A DNA stretch of 36,333 nucleotides from an uncultured Planctomycetaceae bacterium (GTDB lineage Bacteria > Planctomycetota > Planctomycetia > Planctomycetales > Planctomycetaceae). Each line of letters opens with the position of its first letter. Positions within the stretch are counted from its first letter, which is position 1. This document shows, piece after piece, positions 7,379 through 17,705 of this stretch. The DNA lies in contig CAXBME010000047.1 in NCBI GenBank assembly GCA_963976765.1, positions 1 through 36,333 on the forward strand. Reading direction: 5' to 3'. The notes beneath the pieces were generated by a model. The model worked only from the letters and a program-made list of their open reading frames with translations, did not search any database and was not told the origin of the DNA. Both the position numbers and the translations under genes were made by a program.

Positions 7379-10300
7379 ATGCGATTCGTGTTGCTGATTA
7401 CTGTTGCCTGCGTATCGCGGGTTTCGACTGCTGCTGACGATGCCAGGCCGCTGACCTATGAGCGGGATATTCGACCAATCTTTCGGGCTCATTGTTTTGA
7501 CTGTCATGGGGCGACTGATGAGTTGCAGGGGGAGCTGGATCTGCGACTGGTTCGATTTCTGAAGAAAGGGGGCGAGAGCGGGCCTTCGATTTCGGTGGGG
7601 AAGCCGGACGAAAGTTATCTGCTGGAGCGACTTCGCAACGGCGAGATGCCGCCGGGCGAAGGCTCAGTGCCCGACGATGAGATTGCGGTCATCGAAAAGT
7701 GGATCGCTGCGGGCGCAAATACTGCTCGACCAGAACCGGAATCGATTGGTCCCGGCCTGGGCATCACTGAAGAAGAACTCAGCTTCTGGTCGTTTCAGCC
7801 GATCCGCAGACCGCACGTTCCGAATCCTGATGCTTTTTCTGAAAACGTTCGCGTGCGGACACCGATTGATGCCTTGCTTCTGAAGGCGGCCGTGCCAGGT
7901 TCCGAGCAACCAGATTCGGACGTTCGGGCCGATGGTCAGGCCGACAGGCAGCAGGTCGGCCTGACGCCGGATGCTGACCGGCGCACGCTCGTTATTCGCG
8001 CATACTTCGACCTGATCGGCCTGCCACCGTCGCCGGAAGAGGTCCAGAAGTGGGTTACGGATTCGGCGGACGACTGGTACGACCGTCTGCTGACCGAGCT
8101 GCTGGCATCTCCTCATTACGGCGAACGCTGGGGGCGGCACTGGCTGGACATTGCCGGGTATGCCGACTCGGAAGGATACTCGACAGCCGACCTGGAGCGT
8201 GCGTGGGCCTGGAAGTACCGTGACTGGGTGATCCGATCGCTCAACAGCGACATGCCGTTTGATCGGTTCATTGCCGAGCAGTTAGCCGGCGACGAGCTTG
8301 CCGGACCGATCAACGGAGACCTCACTCCAGAGCAGATCGACCTGTTCTCGGCCACCGGATTTCTGCGCATGGCGGCCGATGGAACGGGGAGCGGGGCGAA
8401 CACTCCCGAGGGCCGCAACCAGGTTATCACCGACACGCTGAAGATTGTCGGGACGTCGCTGCTGGGGCTCAGTTTGCAGTGTGCACAGTGTCACGATCAT
8501 CGCTACGACCCGATTCCTCATACGGATTACTTTGCGATTCGAGCGGTCTTTGAACCGGCGCTCGACTGGAAAGCGTGGAAGGTTCCGAATGCTCGTCGCG
8601 TTTCTCTCTACACAGCCGCCGATCGAAAACTGGCCGCCGAAATTGAAGCCGAGGCGGCGGAGATCGCGGCAGAAAAGACCGTCAAACAGACCGAGTACAT
8701 GAAGCAGGCTCTGGAAAAAGAGCTGACGAAATACGAAGAGCCGCTGCGTTCAAAACTTCGCGAGGCCTATCAAACCGCCAGAGACAAACGTTCTGAAGAA
8801 CAGACGGAACTGCTCACAAAGAATCCAAGCGTGAATATTTCGACGGGAGTTCTCTATCAGTATCTGCCGGAGGCTGCTGAAGAGCTGAAGAAGTTTGACG
8901 CTCGCATTGCTGAAGTTCGCGCGAAGAAGCCAGTCGAAGAGTTTATTCGAGCATTGATAGAACCTCCGAATCACGCTCCGGAAACGAAGCTGTTTCACCG
9001 AGGTGATCATCAGCAACCGAAGCAGACCGTGATGCCCGCGTCGCTCAGCGTTGCCAGTCCCGATGGGCAGCCGCTTCAGTTTTTGCCGAACGATGACCGG
9101 CTGCCAACAACGGGGCGGCGTCTGGCTTTCGCACGGTGGCTCGCGAGCCGGGATAATCCGCTGTTCGCTCGCGTGATCGTCAACCGAGTCTGGATGCATC
9201 ACTTCGGCAAAGGGCTGGTTTCGACTCCGGCTGATTTCGGAAAGCTCGGGACAAGGCCGTCGCATCCGGAACTGCTCGACTGGCTTGCCGACGAGTTCAT
9301 CGCAAATGGATGGAGTCTGAAGTCGTTGCACCGAACGATCATGAACTCAACCGCGTGGCGGCAGAGCAGAGAAGTCTCACCTGACAGCTCGGCATTCCCG
9401 GTTCCGTTACAAAGGCTTGAAGCCGAGACACTGCGTGACCGGATGCTCGCCGCTTCGGGACAGCTCGATCGCGCGATTCTCGGCAGTCCGGTGAAGATCA
9501 AAGAGGACGACACGGGGCAGGTCGTCGTCGACGGAACGCAGACTCGCCGCAGTCTTTATATTCAGGTCAGGCGCAGCCGTCCGGTCGCGATGCTGCAAAC
9601 ATTCGACGCGCCGGTTATGGAGACCAATTGCGAAAGCCGACCCAGCTCTACCGTCGCGACACAAGCGTTGATGCTGCTCAACGGGGAGTTCATCCTCGAA
9701 CAGTCCGCGAAGCTGGCTGACCGTGCCGCCAGCGAAGCCGATCCTCCGACTGCTGAGCAAGTCGAACTTGTGCAACACCTCCGCCGCCCACAGGTCCAGG
9801 AATGGCAGTACGGCTACGGGGCGTACGATGAGAAGCTCGACCGAACGGGATCGTTCGCGCCGCTGACCCACTGGGTGGACTCGCGATGGCAGGCGGGCGA
9901 GAAACTTCCGGATCCGCAATTCGGTTACGTGTCGCTGCACGCGACCGGCGGGCACCCCGACATTTCCGGGCGAGACGTCATTCGCCGCTGGACGGCATCG
10001 GCCAATGGAACGGCCACAATCGTCGGCAAGCTCTCGCACGGGTCACCAAACGGTGACGGAGTGCGCGGTCGGATCGTGTCGAGCCGCTCGGGAAAGGCTG
10101 GCGAGTGGATCGCGTTTAACGGCGGTTCCGATACTCTCGTGAGCGGTCTCACCGTCCAGCAGGGGGACACGATCGATTTTGTTACCGATTGTCGGACGGC
10201 TCATACGTCGGACTCGTTCAACTGGCCGGTAACGATCACGCTGAAGACCGACGGCGTCAAAGATTACGTCGCCGTTTCGAAGGATGGTTTCCACGGGCCA

Positions 10301-10534
10301 GTCGAAAAGCTGGAGACCGTTCCGGGGCAGATTGTCAGAGCGTGGCAACTGGCCTTATGTCGCGAGCCGTCTTCGGACGAACTGAACCTTGCCGTCAACT
10401 TCATCGCCGATCAGATGGAAACTCTGCAACGAAACCTGGTGGCAATTCCGAAAGGACGAACTGCCAGCCGGCAAGCCATGACGAATCTGTGTCAGACGTT
10501 GCTGGGATCCAACGAGTTTCTTTATGTCGAATAG
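7379..10534 (+). CDS. Planctomycete cytochrome c + DUF1549 + DUF1553 (PSD1) domain protein
   Basis: Signal peptide from ATG 7379, IRPIFRAHCFDCHG (CxxCH), WSFQPI, SPHYGERWGRHWLD, CAQCHDH, ARVIVNRVWMHHFG, PSHPELLDWLA, RRSLY, QALMLLN, terminal SNEFLYVE. Confidence 0.92.
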   Translation: MRFVLLITVACVSRVSTAADDARPLTYERDIRPIFRAHCFDCHGATDELQGELDLRLVRFLKKGGESGPSISVGKPDESYLLERLRNGEMPPGEGSVPDDEIAVIEKWIAAGANTARPEPESIGPGLGITEEELSFWSFQPIRRPHVPNPDAFSENVRVRTPIDALLLKAAVPGSEQPDSDVRADGQADRQQVGLTPDADRRTLVIRAYFDLIGLPPSPEEVQKWVTDSADDWYDRLLTELLASPHYGERWGRHWLDIAGYADSEGYSTADLERAWAWKYRDWVIRSLNSDMPFDRFIAEQLAGDELAGPINGDLTPEQIDLFSATGFLRMAADGTGSGANTPEGRNQVITDTLKIVGTSLLGLSLQCAQCHDHRYDPIPHTDYFAIRAVFEPALDWKAWKVPNARRVSLYTAADRKLAAEIEAEAAEIAAEKTVKQTEYMKQALEKELTKYEEPLRSKLREAYQTARDKRSEEQTELLTKNPSVNISTGVLYQYLPEAAEELKKFDARIAEVRAKKPVEEFIRALIEPPNHAPETKLFHRGDHQQPKQTVMPASLSVASPDGQPLQFLPNDDRLPTTGRRLAFARWLASRDNPLFARVIVNRVWMHHFGKGLVSTPADFGKLGTRPSHPELLDWLADEFIANGWSLKSLHRTIMNSTAWRQSREVSPDSSAFPVPLQRLEAETLRDRMLAASGQLDRAILGSPVKIKEDDTGQVVVDGTQTRRSLYIQVRRSRPVAMLQTFDAPVMETNCESRPSSTVATQALMLLNGEFILEQSAKLADRAASEADPPTAEQVELVQHLRRPQVQEWQYGYGAYDEKLDRTGSFAPLTHWVDSRWQAGEKLPDPQFGYVSLHATGGHPDISGRDVIRRWTASANGTATIVGKLSHGSPNGDGVRGRIVSSRSGKAGEWIAFNGGSDTLVSGLTVQQGDTIDFVTDCRTAHTSDSFNWPVTITLKTDGVKDYVAVSKDGFHGPVEKLETVPGQIVRAWQLALCREPSSDELNLAVNFIADQMETLQRNLVAIPKGRTASRQAMTNLCQTLLGSNEFLYVE

Positions 10535-10577
10535 GTCAACCGTCGCGTCAGTCAAACAAAGCGGAGATAGCAACTTG

Positions 10578-12011
10578 ATGTTTTCACGCCGTGAATTTCT
10601 CAGTCAGAATGCTCTGGGCATCGGCTCGGTGGCCCTGGCATGGCTGCTTCACCAGGAGCGTGCTGAAGCCGTTCCTAAGAATATCTCGAAGCAGAACCAA
10701 ACGTACGATCTGTCATTGAAACAGCCGAACTTTGCTCCGCGTGCGAAGGCGATGATCTCGCTGTTTCAACACGGCGGCCCATCGCACATGGACCTGACAG
10801 ATCCGAAGCCTGAACTCACGAAGTTCGATGGCACCGATTACAAAGAAGAAGTCGCGTACAGCTTTGCCAACGCGGCCAGCAAGAAACTGCTCGGCAGCCG
10901 CTGGAAGTTCAGAAAGCATGGCGAGTGTGGAACCGAGCTGTCGGAGCTTCTGCCGGAAACCGGTCGCATTGCCGACGACATTTGTCTGATCCGAAGCATG
11001 CACACGGGAGCCAATGGCCACGAAGTTTCGATCCGCTATTTTCATGGCGGGATTCCGGGAGTTCTTGGTCGCCCCCATCTGGCATCGTGGCTGTTGTACG
11101 GGCTCGGTGCAGAAACTCGCGACCTGCCCGCTTACATGGTGCTGACCGATCCGGGTGGGCAACCTGTTGACACGATCAATAACTGGTCGAGCGGATTCAT
11201 GCCGCCATTGTTTCAGGGCACGGTTCTGCGACCGAAAGAGCCGCGTGTGCTGAATCTCGACGCTCCTGCCCATCTGAAAGGCGAGCCGCAGCAGCAGAAT
11301 CTGAAATTTCTACAAACGCTGAATCGGCGGCACCTCGAAAGATTTCCGCACGAAACCGATCTCGAAGCGCGTATCGCCAGTTACGAGCTGGCCGCCCGCA
11401 TGCAGACGGCCGCTCGCGAGGCGCTCGATATTTCCAAAGAGACGAAGGCGACGCAGGAGCTGTACGGCATCGATCAGGACGCGACTCGTGAGTACGGCAC
11501 GCGATGTCTGATCGCCCGCCGCCTGGTTGAACGAGGTGTGCGGTTTGTGCAGCTGTTTCTCGCCGGTCAGCCGTGGGACAACCACAGCAACCTGGGAACA
11601 TCATTGCCGGCCGTCTGCCGCCGGACCGACAAGCCGTCAGCGGCGCTCGTGACGGATCTCAAACAGCGTGGCATGCTCGACGAAACTATCGTGCATTGGG
11701 GCGGCGAAATCGGACGTCTTCCGGTGACGCAGAATCAGGGCAGTCCTGAGAAGCACGGACGCGATCACAACGGCCAGGGGTTCAGTATCTGGCTGGCTGG
11801 CGGTGGCTTCAAACCCGGCATGACGTTCGGAGCAACTGACGAATTCGGACATCGAGCTGTCGAGAACGTTGTTACGCCGAACGACTACCAGGCGACTCTG
11901 TTGCATTTGTTTGGTCTGGATGTCAACGAACTCATTTTCCCGTACAACGGCCAGGTTCAGAACATCACGGCCGGTCGCAAGTCCCGAGTCGTTGAAGAAG
12001 TTCTTGTCTGA
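10578..12011 (+). CDS. DUF1501 family Tat-exported protein (sulfatase/alkaline-phosphatase-like)
   Basis: Tat signal SRREFL, GGPSHMD, YELAARMQ, ARRLVERGVRFVQL, WDNH, WGGEIGRLP, GRDHN. GGAG upstream of ATG 10578. Confidence 0.92.
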   Translation: MFSRREFLSQNALGIGSVALAWLLHQERAEAVPKNISKQNQTYDLSLKQPNFAPRAKAMISLFQHGGPSHMDLTDPKPELTKFDGTDYKEEVAYSFANAASKKLLGSRWKFRKHGECGTELSELLPETGRIADDICLIRSMHTGANGHEVSIRYFHGGIPGVLGRPHLASWLLYGLGAETRDLPAYMVLTDPGGQPVDTINNWSSGFMPPLFQGTVLRPKEPRVLNLDAPAHLKGEPQQQNLKFLQTLNRRHLERFPHETDLEARIASYELAARMQTAAREALDISKETKATQELYGIDQDATREYGTRCLIARRLVERGVRFVQLFLAGQPWDNHSNLGTSLPAVCRRTDKPSAALVTDLKQRGMLDETIVHWGGEIGRLPVTQNQGSPEKHGRDHNGQGFSIWLAGGGFKPGMTFGATDEFGHRAVENVVTPNDYQATLLHLFGLDVNELIFPYNGQVQNITAGRKSRVVEEVLV

Positions 12012-12121
12012 GTGACGTCTGACAGGTGGCTGCAGACGTCGCCGTTGCCGGATGCGGATCGTCCGCCCCTGGAACCAGTGATTGGTGGGCAGGGTCTGTT
12101 CTACTTTTCAGGAGACGCGAC

Positions 12122-15100
12122 ATGGCCGGCGTCCGGCTGCTGCAAGCGGCATGCTCGATTGGAATTCTGCTGGTTTGTCACCGCAGTGAAGCACAGGTTC
12201 GCCCATCTCCAGAGATCACCCAGGCCGAGTACACTGCGACCATTCAACCGCTGCTGAAGACGTTCTGCTTCGACTGCCACTCCGGCGAAACGACGGAAGC
12301 CGAGATCGATCTTGGTGCTTTTCCAACGATCGCAACGATGACGCGTCAGCCAGAAGTCTGGATGAAGATGCGCGACATGCTCGACAGCCGGCAGATGCCG
12401 CCGAAGAGTTCGCCGCAACCACAGGACCGAGAGCGGGAACTTCTGGCGTCGTGGGTCAGAGCGTTACTTCTTTCCGAAGCGAAGAAGCACGCCGGTGATC
12501 CGGGGCCGGTCATCCTGCGACGGCTCAGCAACGACGAGTACAACTATTCGGTGCGGGATCTGACGGGCGTTGCAACGCTTGATCCGACGCGCGAATTTCC
12601 CGTCGACGGCGCTGCCGGAGAAGGCTTCACGAATTCTGGAGCCGCTCAGTCGATGTCGCCAGCTCTGGTGACGAAATATCTCGACGCCGGCAAGGAAGTG
12701 GCCTCGCACGCGGTGCTGACTCCGGACGGAATTCGATTCTCACCGTACACGACGCGGCGAGACCAAACGGACGAACTGCTCGCCCGCATTCAGCAGTTCT
12801 ATCGACCTTTCACAGAAGACTCGGGCAACACCTCGGTCACGTTGCAGGGGATCAAACTCAGCACGAGCGACGGTGGACGGTTACCGGTCGGGCGGTACAT
12901 CGAAGCGATGCTGCAGGAACGCGAACGCTTGCGCGACGGGGCGACGTCACTGGCAGAAGTCGCCCGGCAGCGATCGCTGAATGAGAAATATCTCACACTC
13001 CTCTGGGACGTCTTAACGATACCGGGCGACGCTCCGTCACTGCTGCTGGACGGACTGCGCCAGTCATGGGCGACGGCTCGACCGGAAGAGGCGGCGAGGA
13101 TCGCTGCTGATATCGACGCCGCTCAGAACTCGCTCTGGAAATTTAATTCGATCGGACAGTCGGGACGCGAGGGTGGAGCAACGACCTGGCAGGAAGCCGT
13201 TTCGCCGCTGACGCCCCGTCACGAGCTTCGTCATAAGATTGGCGACGTCGCGGCTGATGCTGACGTCAGGCTGTGGCTGACCGTTAACGATCTGGGTGAC
13301 GGAAACGCCGAGGACTTTGTTGTGCTGGAGCGGCCTCGGTTTGAGTTTCCCGTCGCGGAAGGTGTCGAACCGTTGCCGCCAATCGAACTGCGCGACGTCC
13401 GCTTGCTGGTTTCGCGAATCGAAGCGACGATGGCTCGTGAGCTTCCGCGCACCGCCGAGTATCTCGCCGCAGTCGTCCAGCTTCGCACGTCAGAAAAGAC
13501 GCTCGACGAGATCGCAACAGCAGCCGGGCTGAACGCTTTACTGCTTGAACGATGGGGCAGGTTGCTGGGGTTAGAGCGACGAGCCAGCCGTGAGATTACG
13601 GGGCTGTTTACGAAGAAGCTGATCAAGGGGCAGGGGTACGATGCCATCAACGGGTGGAGCAGCGGCGAACTACCCAACATGCTGACAAACAGTTCTTCCG
13701 AGCCGATCAGTTTTCTGACGCTGACCGTTCCCGCGAAAAGTGTCGTCGTTCACCCGTCGCCGACTCACGAATCGATCGTTGCCTGGAAAAGTCCGGTCGA
13801 TGGACGTTTCCGTGTGGAAGGCCTTGTCGCCGATGCCGACGGCGTTTGTGGCAACGGCGCTGCCTGGCGAGTCGAACTGTCAACTGAAGCAGGTCGTTCC
13901 GTACTCGCAACGGGCACGTTCGATAACGGCGGTCGGCAGACTTTGATGCCAGACAGTTGGTTTGACGTCAGGCGGGGCGACGTCGTTTCGCTCATCGTCA
14001 ACCCTCGCGGTCGCGACCACACGTGCGATAGCACTCATGTTGAGCTGAAACTGACAACCGCCGAGCAGCCCCCTCGCGTCTGGAATCTTGCCACCGACGT
14101 CGTGGACCAGATTCTGGAAAGCAACCCGCTGCCGGACTCTTTCGGCAACGCTGACGTCTGGCATTTTGGCTCACAACCAGCCGGACCAGACGATTCGAAA
14201 CCGACGTCGCTGGTTGTTGCCGGATCGACACTCGCCGCGTTTCGTGCCGCGGCCCTTGATGGGAAGTCCAGGGACGAACTCACGAAAATCGCGCTGGCAG
14301 TTCAGTCGCTCTTGACCACTTCCGATCTCTCTGAGTTCAGCGAAGCAAACCGGATTCAACGCGAGCAACTGCTGAACTGGCGAGGCCCGCTTCGCTGGGC
14401 GGTCTGCAGTACGGGCGAAACCGTCGAAAAGTCGATTGAGTTTGGTGTCGATTCAGGTTTGTTCGGAAAGCATCCAGACGGCACTCCGCTGCCTGAGACG
14501 CATTTGTGTCTCAAAGCTCCGCAGACGCTGGAACTCCGGCTTCCTGCAAAGCTGCTCGCCGGCTCGGAATTCGTGACCGCTGGCAGACTGCACGCTGGAA
14601 CTGCCGCCGAAGGAACCGTGCAGCTTCAGGTCGTCGCGGAATGCCCGCTCCACTCTCAGATGTCGATGTCAGCGCCGATTCTTGCCGGCGACAAGGCGCG
14701 GCCTCGTGTCGAAGCCGCGCTGGACGAATTTCGAAACCTGTTTCCCGAGGCACTTTGTTATGCCCGGATCGTGCCGGTCGACGAAGTCGTCACGCTCAAA
14801 CTTTTCTTCCGCGAGGATGATCATCTCAAGCGGTTAATGCTCGAAGAAGCTCAGGCGGCGGAAATCGACCGGCTGTGGGATGAGTTATTTTTCGTCGCGC
14901 AGGAACCGCTGCAGCTCGCCGTTTCGTACGAGCAGCTTTACGAGTTCGCGACGCAGGACCGACCGGACATTGTCAAAGCGCTCGAACCTTTGCGGAAGCC
15001 GCTGAATGATCGGGCGGAACGCTTCAGGAAACGGATGCGCGACACGGAACCGGTTCATGTGAAGGCGTTGCTGGAACTGGCGGATCGAGCGTGGCGGCGT

Positions 15101-16303
15101 TCGCTTTCTGCTCACGAAGAAGCTGAACTGAAGAATCTTTACGCTCGACTCCGCGACGTTGGAGTGGATCATGACTCAGCCATTCAGTTGACGCTGGCTC
15201 GCGTTCTGTCCTCTCCCAACTTTCTGTATCGCCGCGAAGTTTCCAGACGCGGCCCCGATCCGTCACCAGTTTCAAACGACGAACTCGCCACGCGGCTGAG
15301 CTATTTTCTGTGGTCGTCCCTGCCGGATGAAGAACTTCGCATGCCGGTTCACGCGGCTGGTCTTTCCGGCGGTGGCGGTGACGATTCGGAGCTGCTGCGG
15401 CAGACTCGTCGGATGCTGAAGGATCCGAGAACCCGCAGACTGGCCATTCAGTTCGCCTGCCAGTGGCTGCACCTTCGGAACTTCGATCAGAACAACGAGA
15501 AGAATGAAAAGCTGTATCCGGAATTCGCGACTCTTCGAGGTGACATGTACGAAGAAACGGTTCGCTTCTTCGAGGACATGTTCCGCAACGACGGGTCGAT
15601 TCTCGATGTGCTCGATGCAGACCACACCTTCCTGAACGAGGCTCTCGCCAGACACTACGGCATCAAATTCGAAGAACGCTCTGGTCAGTCGTGGCAGCGA
15701 GTCAGCGGAGTTCGTGCGTACGGTCGCGGCGGAATTCTGGGCATGGCGACGTTCCTCACCAGTCAGTCGGGAGCTTCGCGAACAAGTCCGATTCTGCGAG
15801 GCAACTGGTTGTCCGAAACGCTGCTCGGCGAAAAACTGCCAAGGCCGCCGGCTGGCGTTCCTCAACTTCCGGAAGAAGTACCGACTGGATTGACGGCTCG
15901 CCAGCTGATCGAGCGGCACAGTTCAGTTCCTGAATGTGCAAAGTGCCACGCACGGATCGACCCGTTTGGCTTTGCGCTGGAGCAGTACGACGTGCTCGGG
16001 AGAATTCGCTCTGACTCAGTCGACACAAAAACGACGCTGCCTGGCGGGGAAGAAATTGAAGGGGTCGCCGGGCTGCGGAACTATCTGTTGACTCAGCGCC
16101 GCAACGACGTCATTCGTCAGTTCTGTCGCAAACTTCTGGGGTTCGCCCTTGGCCGCGAGGTGCAACTGTCTGATGAACCACTCATTGCTGAAATGCTGAA
16201 TCGACTGAAGAAAAATGGTTACCGCTTCAACGTTGCCGTCGAAGCGGTTGTCACCAGCAGCCAGTTTCGCAAGATTCGCGGCCAGAGATTTTCTGTCGAG
16301 TAG
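12122..16303 (+). CDS. Planctomycete cytochrome c protein with DUF1587/1595/1592/1588/1585 domains and a long central insert
   Basis: AGGAG before ATG 12122, signal peptide, CFDCH, MPP, LRRLSNDEYNYSVRDL, ELATRLSYFLWSSLPD, TSPILRGNW, CAKCH..IDPFGFALE. Confidence 0.92.
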   Translation: MAGVRLLQAACSIGILLVCHRSEAQVRPSPEITQAEYTATIQPLLKTFCFDCHSGETTEAEIDLGAFPTIATMTRQPEVWMKMRDMLDSRQMPPKSSPQPQDRERELLASWVRALLLSEAKKHAGDPGPVILRRLSNDEYNYSVRDLTGVATLDPTREFPVDGAAGEGFTNSGAAQSMSPALVTKYLDAGKEVASHAVLTPDGIRFSPYTTRRDQTDELLARIQQFYRPFTEDSGNTSVTLQGIKLSTSDGGRLPVGRYIEAMLQERERLRDGATSLAEVARQRSLNEKYLTLLWDVLTIPGDAPSLLLDGLRQSWATARPEEAARIAADIDAAQNSLWKFNSIGQSGREGGATTWQEAVSPLTPRHELRHKIGDVAADADVRLWLTVNDLGDGNAEDFVVLERPRFEFPVAEGVEPLPPIELRDVRLLVSRIEATMARELPRTAEYLAAVVQLRTSEKTLDEIATAAGLNALLLERWGRLLGLERRASREITGLFTKKLIKGQGYDAINGWSSGELPNMLTNSSSEPISFLTLTVPAKSVVVHPSPTHESIVAWKSPVDGRFRVEGLVADADGVCGNGAAWRVELSTEAGRSVLATGTFDNGGRQTLMPDSWFDVRRGDVVSLIVNPRGRDHTCDSTHVELKLTTAEQPPRVWNLATDVVDQILESNPLPDSFGNADVWHFGSQPAGPDDSKPTSLVVAGSTLAAFRAAALDGKSRDELTKIALAVQSLLTTSDLSEFSEANRIQREQLLNWRGPLRWAVCSTGETVEKSIEFGVDSGLFGKHPDGTPLPETHLCLKAPQTLELRLPAKLLAGSEFVTAGRLHAGTAAEGTVQLQVVAECPLHSQMSMSAPILAGDKARPRVEAALDEFRNLFPEALCYARIVPVDEVVTLKLFFREDDHLKRLMLEEAQAAEIDRLWDELFFVAQEPLQLAVSYEQLYEFATQDRPDIVKALEPLRKPLNDRAERFRKRMRDTEPVHVKALLELADRAWRRSLSAHEEAELKNLYARLRDVGVDHDSAIQLTLARVLSSPNFLYRREVSRRGPDPSPVSNDELATRLSYFLWSSLPDEELRMPVHAAGLSGGGGDDSELLRQTRRMLKDPRTRRLAIQFACQWLHLRNFDQNNEKNEKLYPEFATLRGDMYEETVRFFEDMFRNDGSILDVLDADHTFLNEALARHYGIKFEERSGQSWQRVSGVRAYGRGGILGMATFLTSQSGASRTSPILRGNWLSETLLGEKLPRPPAGVPQLPEEVPTGLTARQLIERHSSVPECAKCHARIDPFGFALEQYDVLGRIRSDSVDTKTTLPGGEEIEGVAGLRNYLLTQRRNDVIRQFCRKLLGFALGREVQLSDEPLIAEMLNRLKKNGYRFNVAVEAVVTSSQFRKIRGQRFSVE

Positions 16304-16363
16304 TAACTCGGTCATCGTCGCGTAGAGAATTGATCCATCCAGAAACGAATGGGGAGCAGCTTG

Positions 16364-17668
16364 ATGACAGTTCATCGATTTTCCAGACGAACAATGCTGC
16401 GAGGTCTCGGTGTCAGCATGGCACTGCCGTGGATGGAGTCGCTTCGTGTCTGGGGCGACGAACCGAAAGGTAAAGAGCCGGGCAGCCAGGCACCGACTCG
16501 AATGGCCATTCTGTTTTCAGGATGTGGTTACCATCGGACCGAGTGGTGGGCGAAAGGGCAGGGCTCTGAGATGGAGCTCGGCAAGGTGCTGCACCCACTG
16601 AACGGTTTTCGTGACCGGCTGGTTTTCATTCGAGGCCTTTACAACGCCGAAGCATTGAAAGGCAACATTCACAGCTCGCAGACGGGCAACCTGCTCTCCG
16701 GCGCGCCGCTGTCAGCCGGCGGCACGATCCGTTCCGGCACCAGCGTTGACCAGGTGGTGGCTCAGCGAGTCGGACATCAGACGAAGCTACCGAGCCTTGT
16801 GCTGGGCTGCGAAAAAGCGAACCCGTCCGTCCACAAAAACTATTCGATGCTCTACAGCTCGCACATCTCATGGAGCAGCCCGACGACTCCGACTCCGCTG
16901 GAAGTTTACCCGGCGCTCGCCTTCGACCAGTTGTTTACCGACAGCGTCAGGAAAGGCGATCGCAGCGTGCTGGATGCCATCCTTGCCGATGCAAAAGATC
17001 TTCGTCGAGACATCAGCCAGACCGATCAGCAAAAGCTCGACGAGTACCTCAACTCGGTCCGCGAAGTCGAACAGCGAATTGAACGCGCCGGCCAGCGAGG
17101 CGAACTGCAGGGCTGGCGACCAGCGCTCACGAAGCCGAACATTCCTCGACCGAAAGACGGCTACCCGCAGGACATTGTCGAACACATGAAACTGATGTGC
17201 GACATCCTGGTTCTGGCGTTCCAGACGGACACCACACGAGTCTGCACACTGAAGCTGAACAACGATCATGGCACACTCAGATTTCCGCACCTGGGTGTTG
17301 ACTACATGATCCATCACCTGCTTTCGCACAACGACACGGACGACTGGCTGAAGGTCAATCAGTTCTTCCTCGAACAGGTGGCGTACATCGCCCGTCGACT
17401 CGACGCGATTCAGGAGGGCGAACGAACGGCCCTGGACAATTCGATGATCATGCTTTGCTCCAGCATGCTCAACGGTCATCACGATGCGTCGCAGTTGCCA
17501 GTCGTCATGCTTGGCGGAGCCGGTGGCAGAATCAAAGGCGGCCAGAACCTGGACTACCTCGGCCAGTCTGATCGTCAGATGTCGCGTCTCTATCTCAGCA
17601 TGATGAGAAACATGGGCGTGCATCTGGATAAATTCGGAGACGCCTCCAGACCACTCGCCGAAGTGTGA
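16364..17668 (+). CDS. DUF1552 (HxxSHH) family Tat-exported protein
   Basis: SRRTMLRGLGVSMALPWMES, SVDQVVA, LDEYLNSVREVEQRI, LAFQTDTTRV, HHLLSHN, LPVVMLGGAGG. GGAG before ATG 16364. Confidence 0.92.
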   Translation: MTVHRFSRRTMLRGLGVSMALPWMESLRVWGDEPKGKEPGSQAPTRMAILFSGCGYHRTEWWAKGQGSEMELGKVLHPLNGFRDRLVFIRGLYNAEALKGNIHSSQTGNLLSGAPLSAGGTIRSGTSVDQVVAQRVGHQTKLPSLVLGCEKANPSVHKNYSMLYSSHISWSSPTTPTPLEVYPALAFDQLFTDSVRKGDRSVLDAILADAKDLRRDISQTDQQKLDEYLNSVREVEQRIERAGQRGELQGWRPALTKPNIPRPKDGYPQDIVEHMKLMCDILVLAFQTDTTRVCTLKLNNDHGTLRFPHLGVDYMIHHLLSHNDTDDWLKVNQFFLEQVAYIARRLDAIQEGERTALDNSMIMLCSSMLNGHHDASQLPVVMLGGAGGRIKGGQNLDYLGQSDRQMSRLYLSMMRNMGVHLDKFGDASRPLAEV

Positions 17669-17705
17669 CGAGAGGCGGCTTGCGTTTGCACGTAGCGTAC
17701 GTCAG

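Noticed and set aside
12012..12042. GACGTCTG/CAGACGTC hairpin after DUF1501
   Set aside because: No U-tract; at most an mRNA-stabilising hairpin, so not called a terminator.
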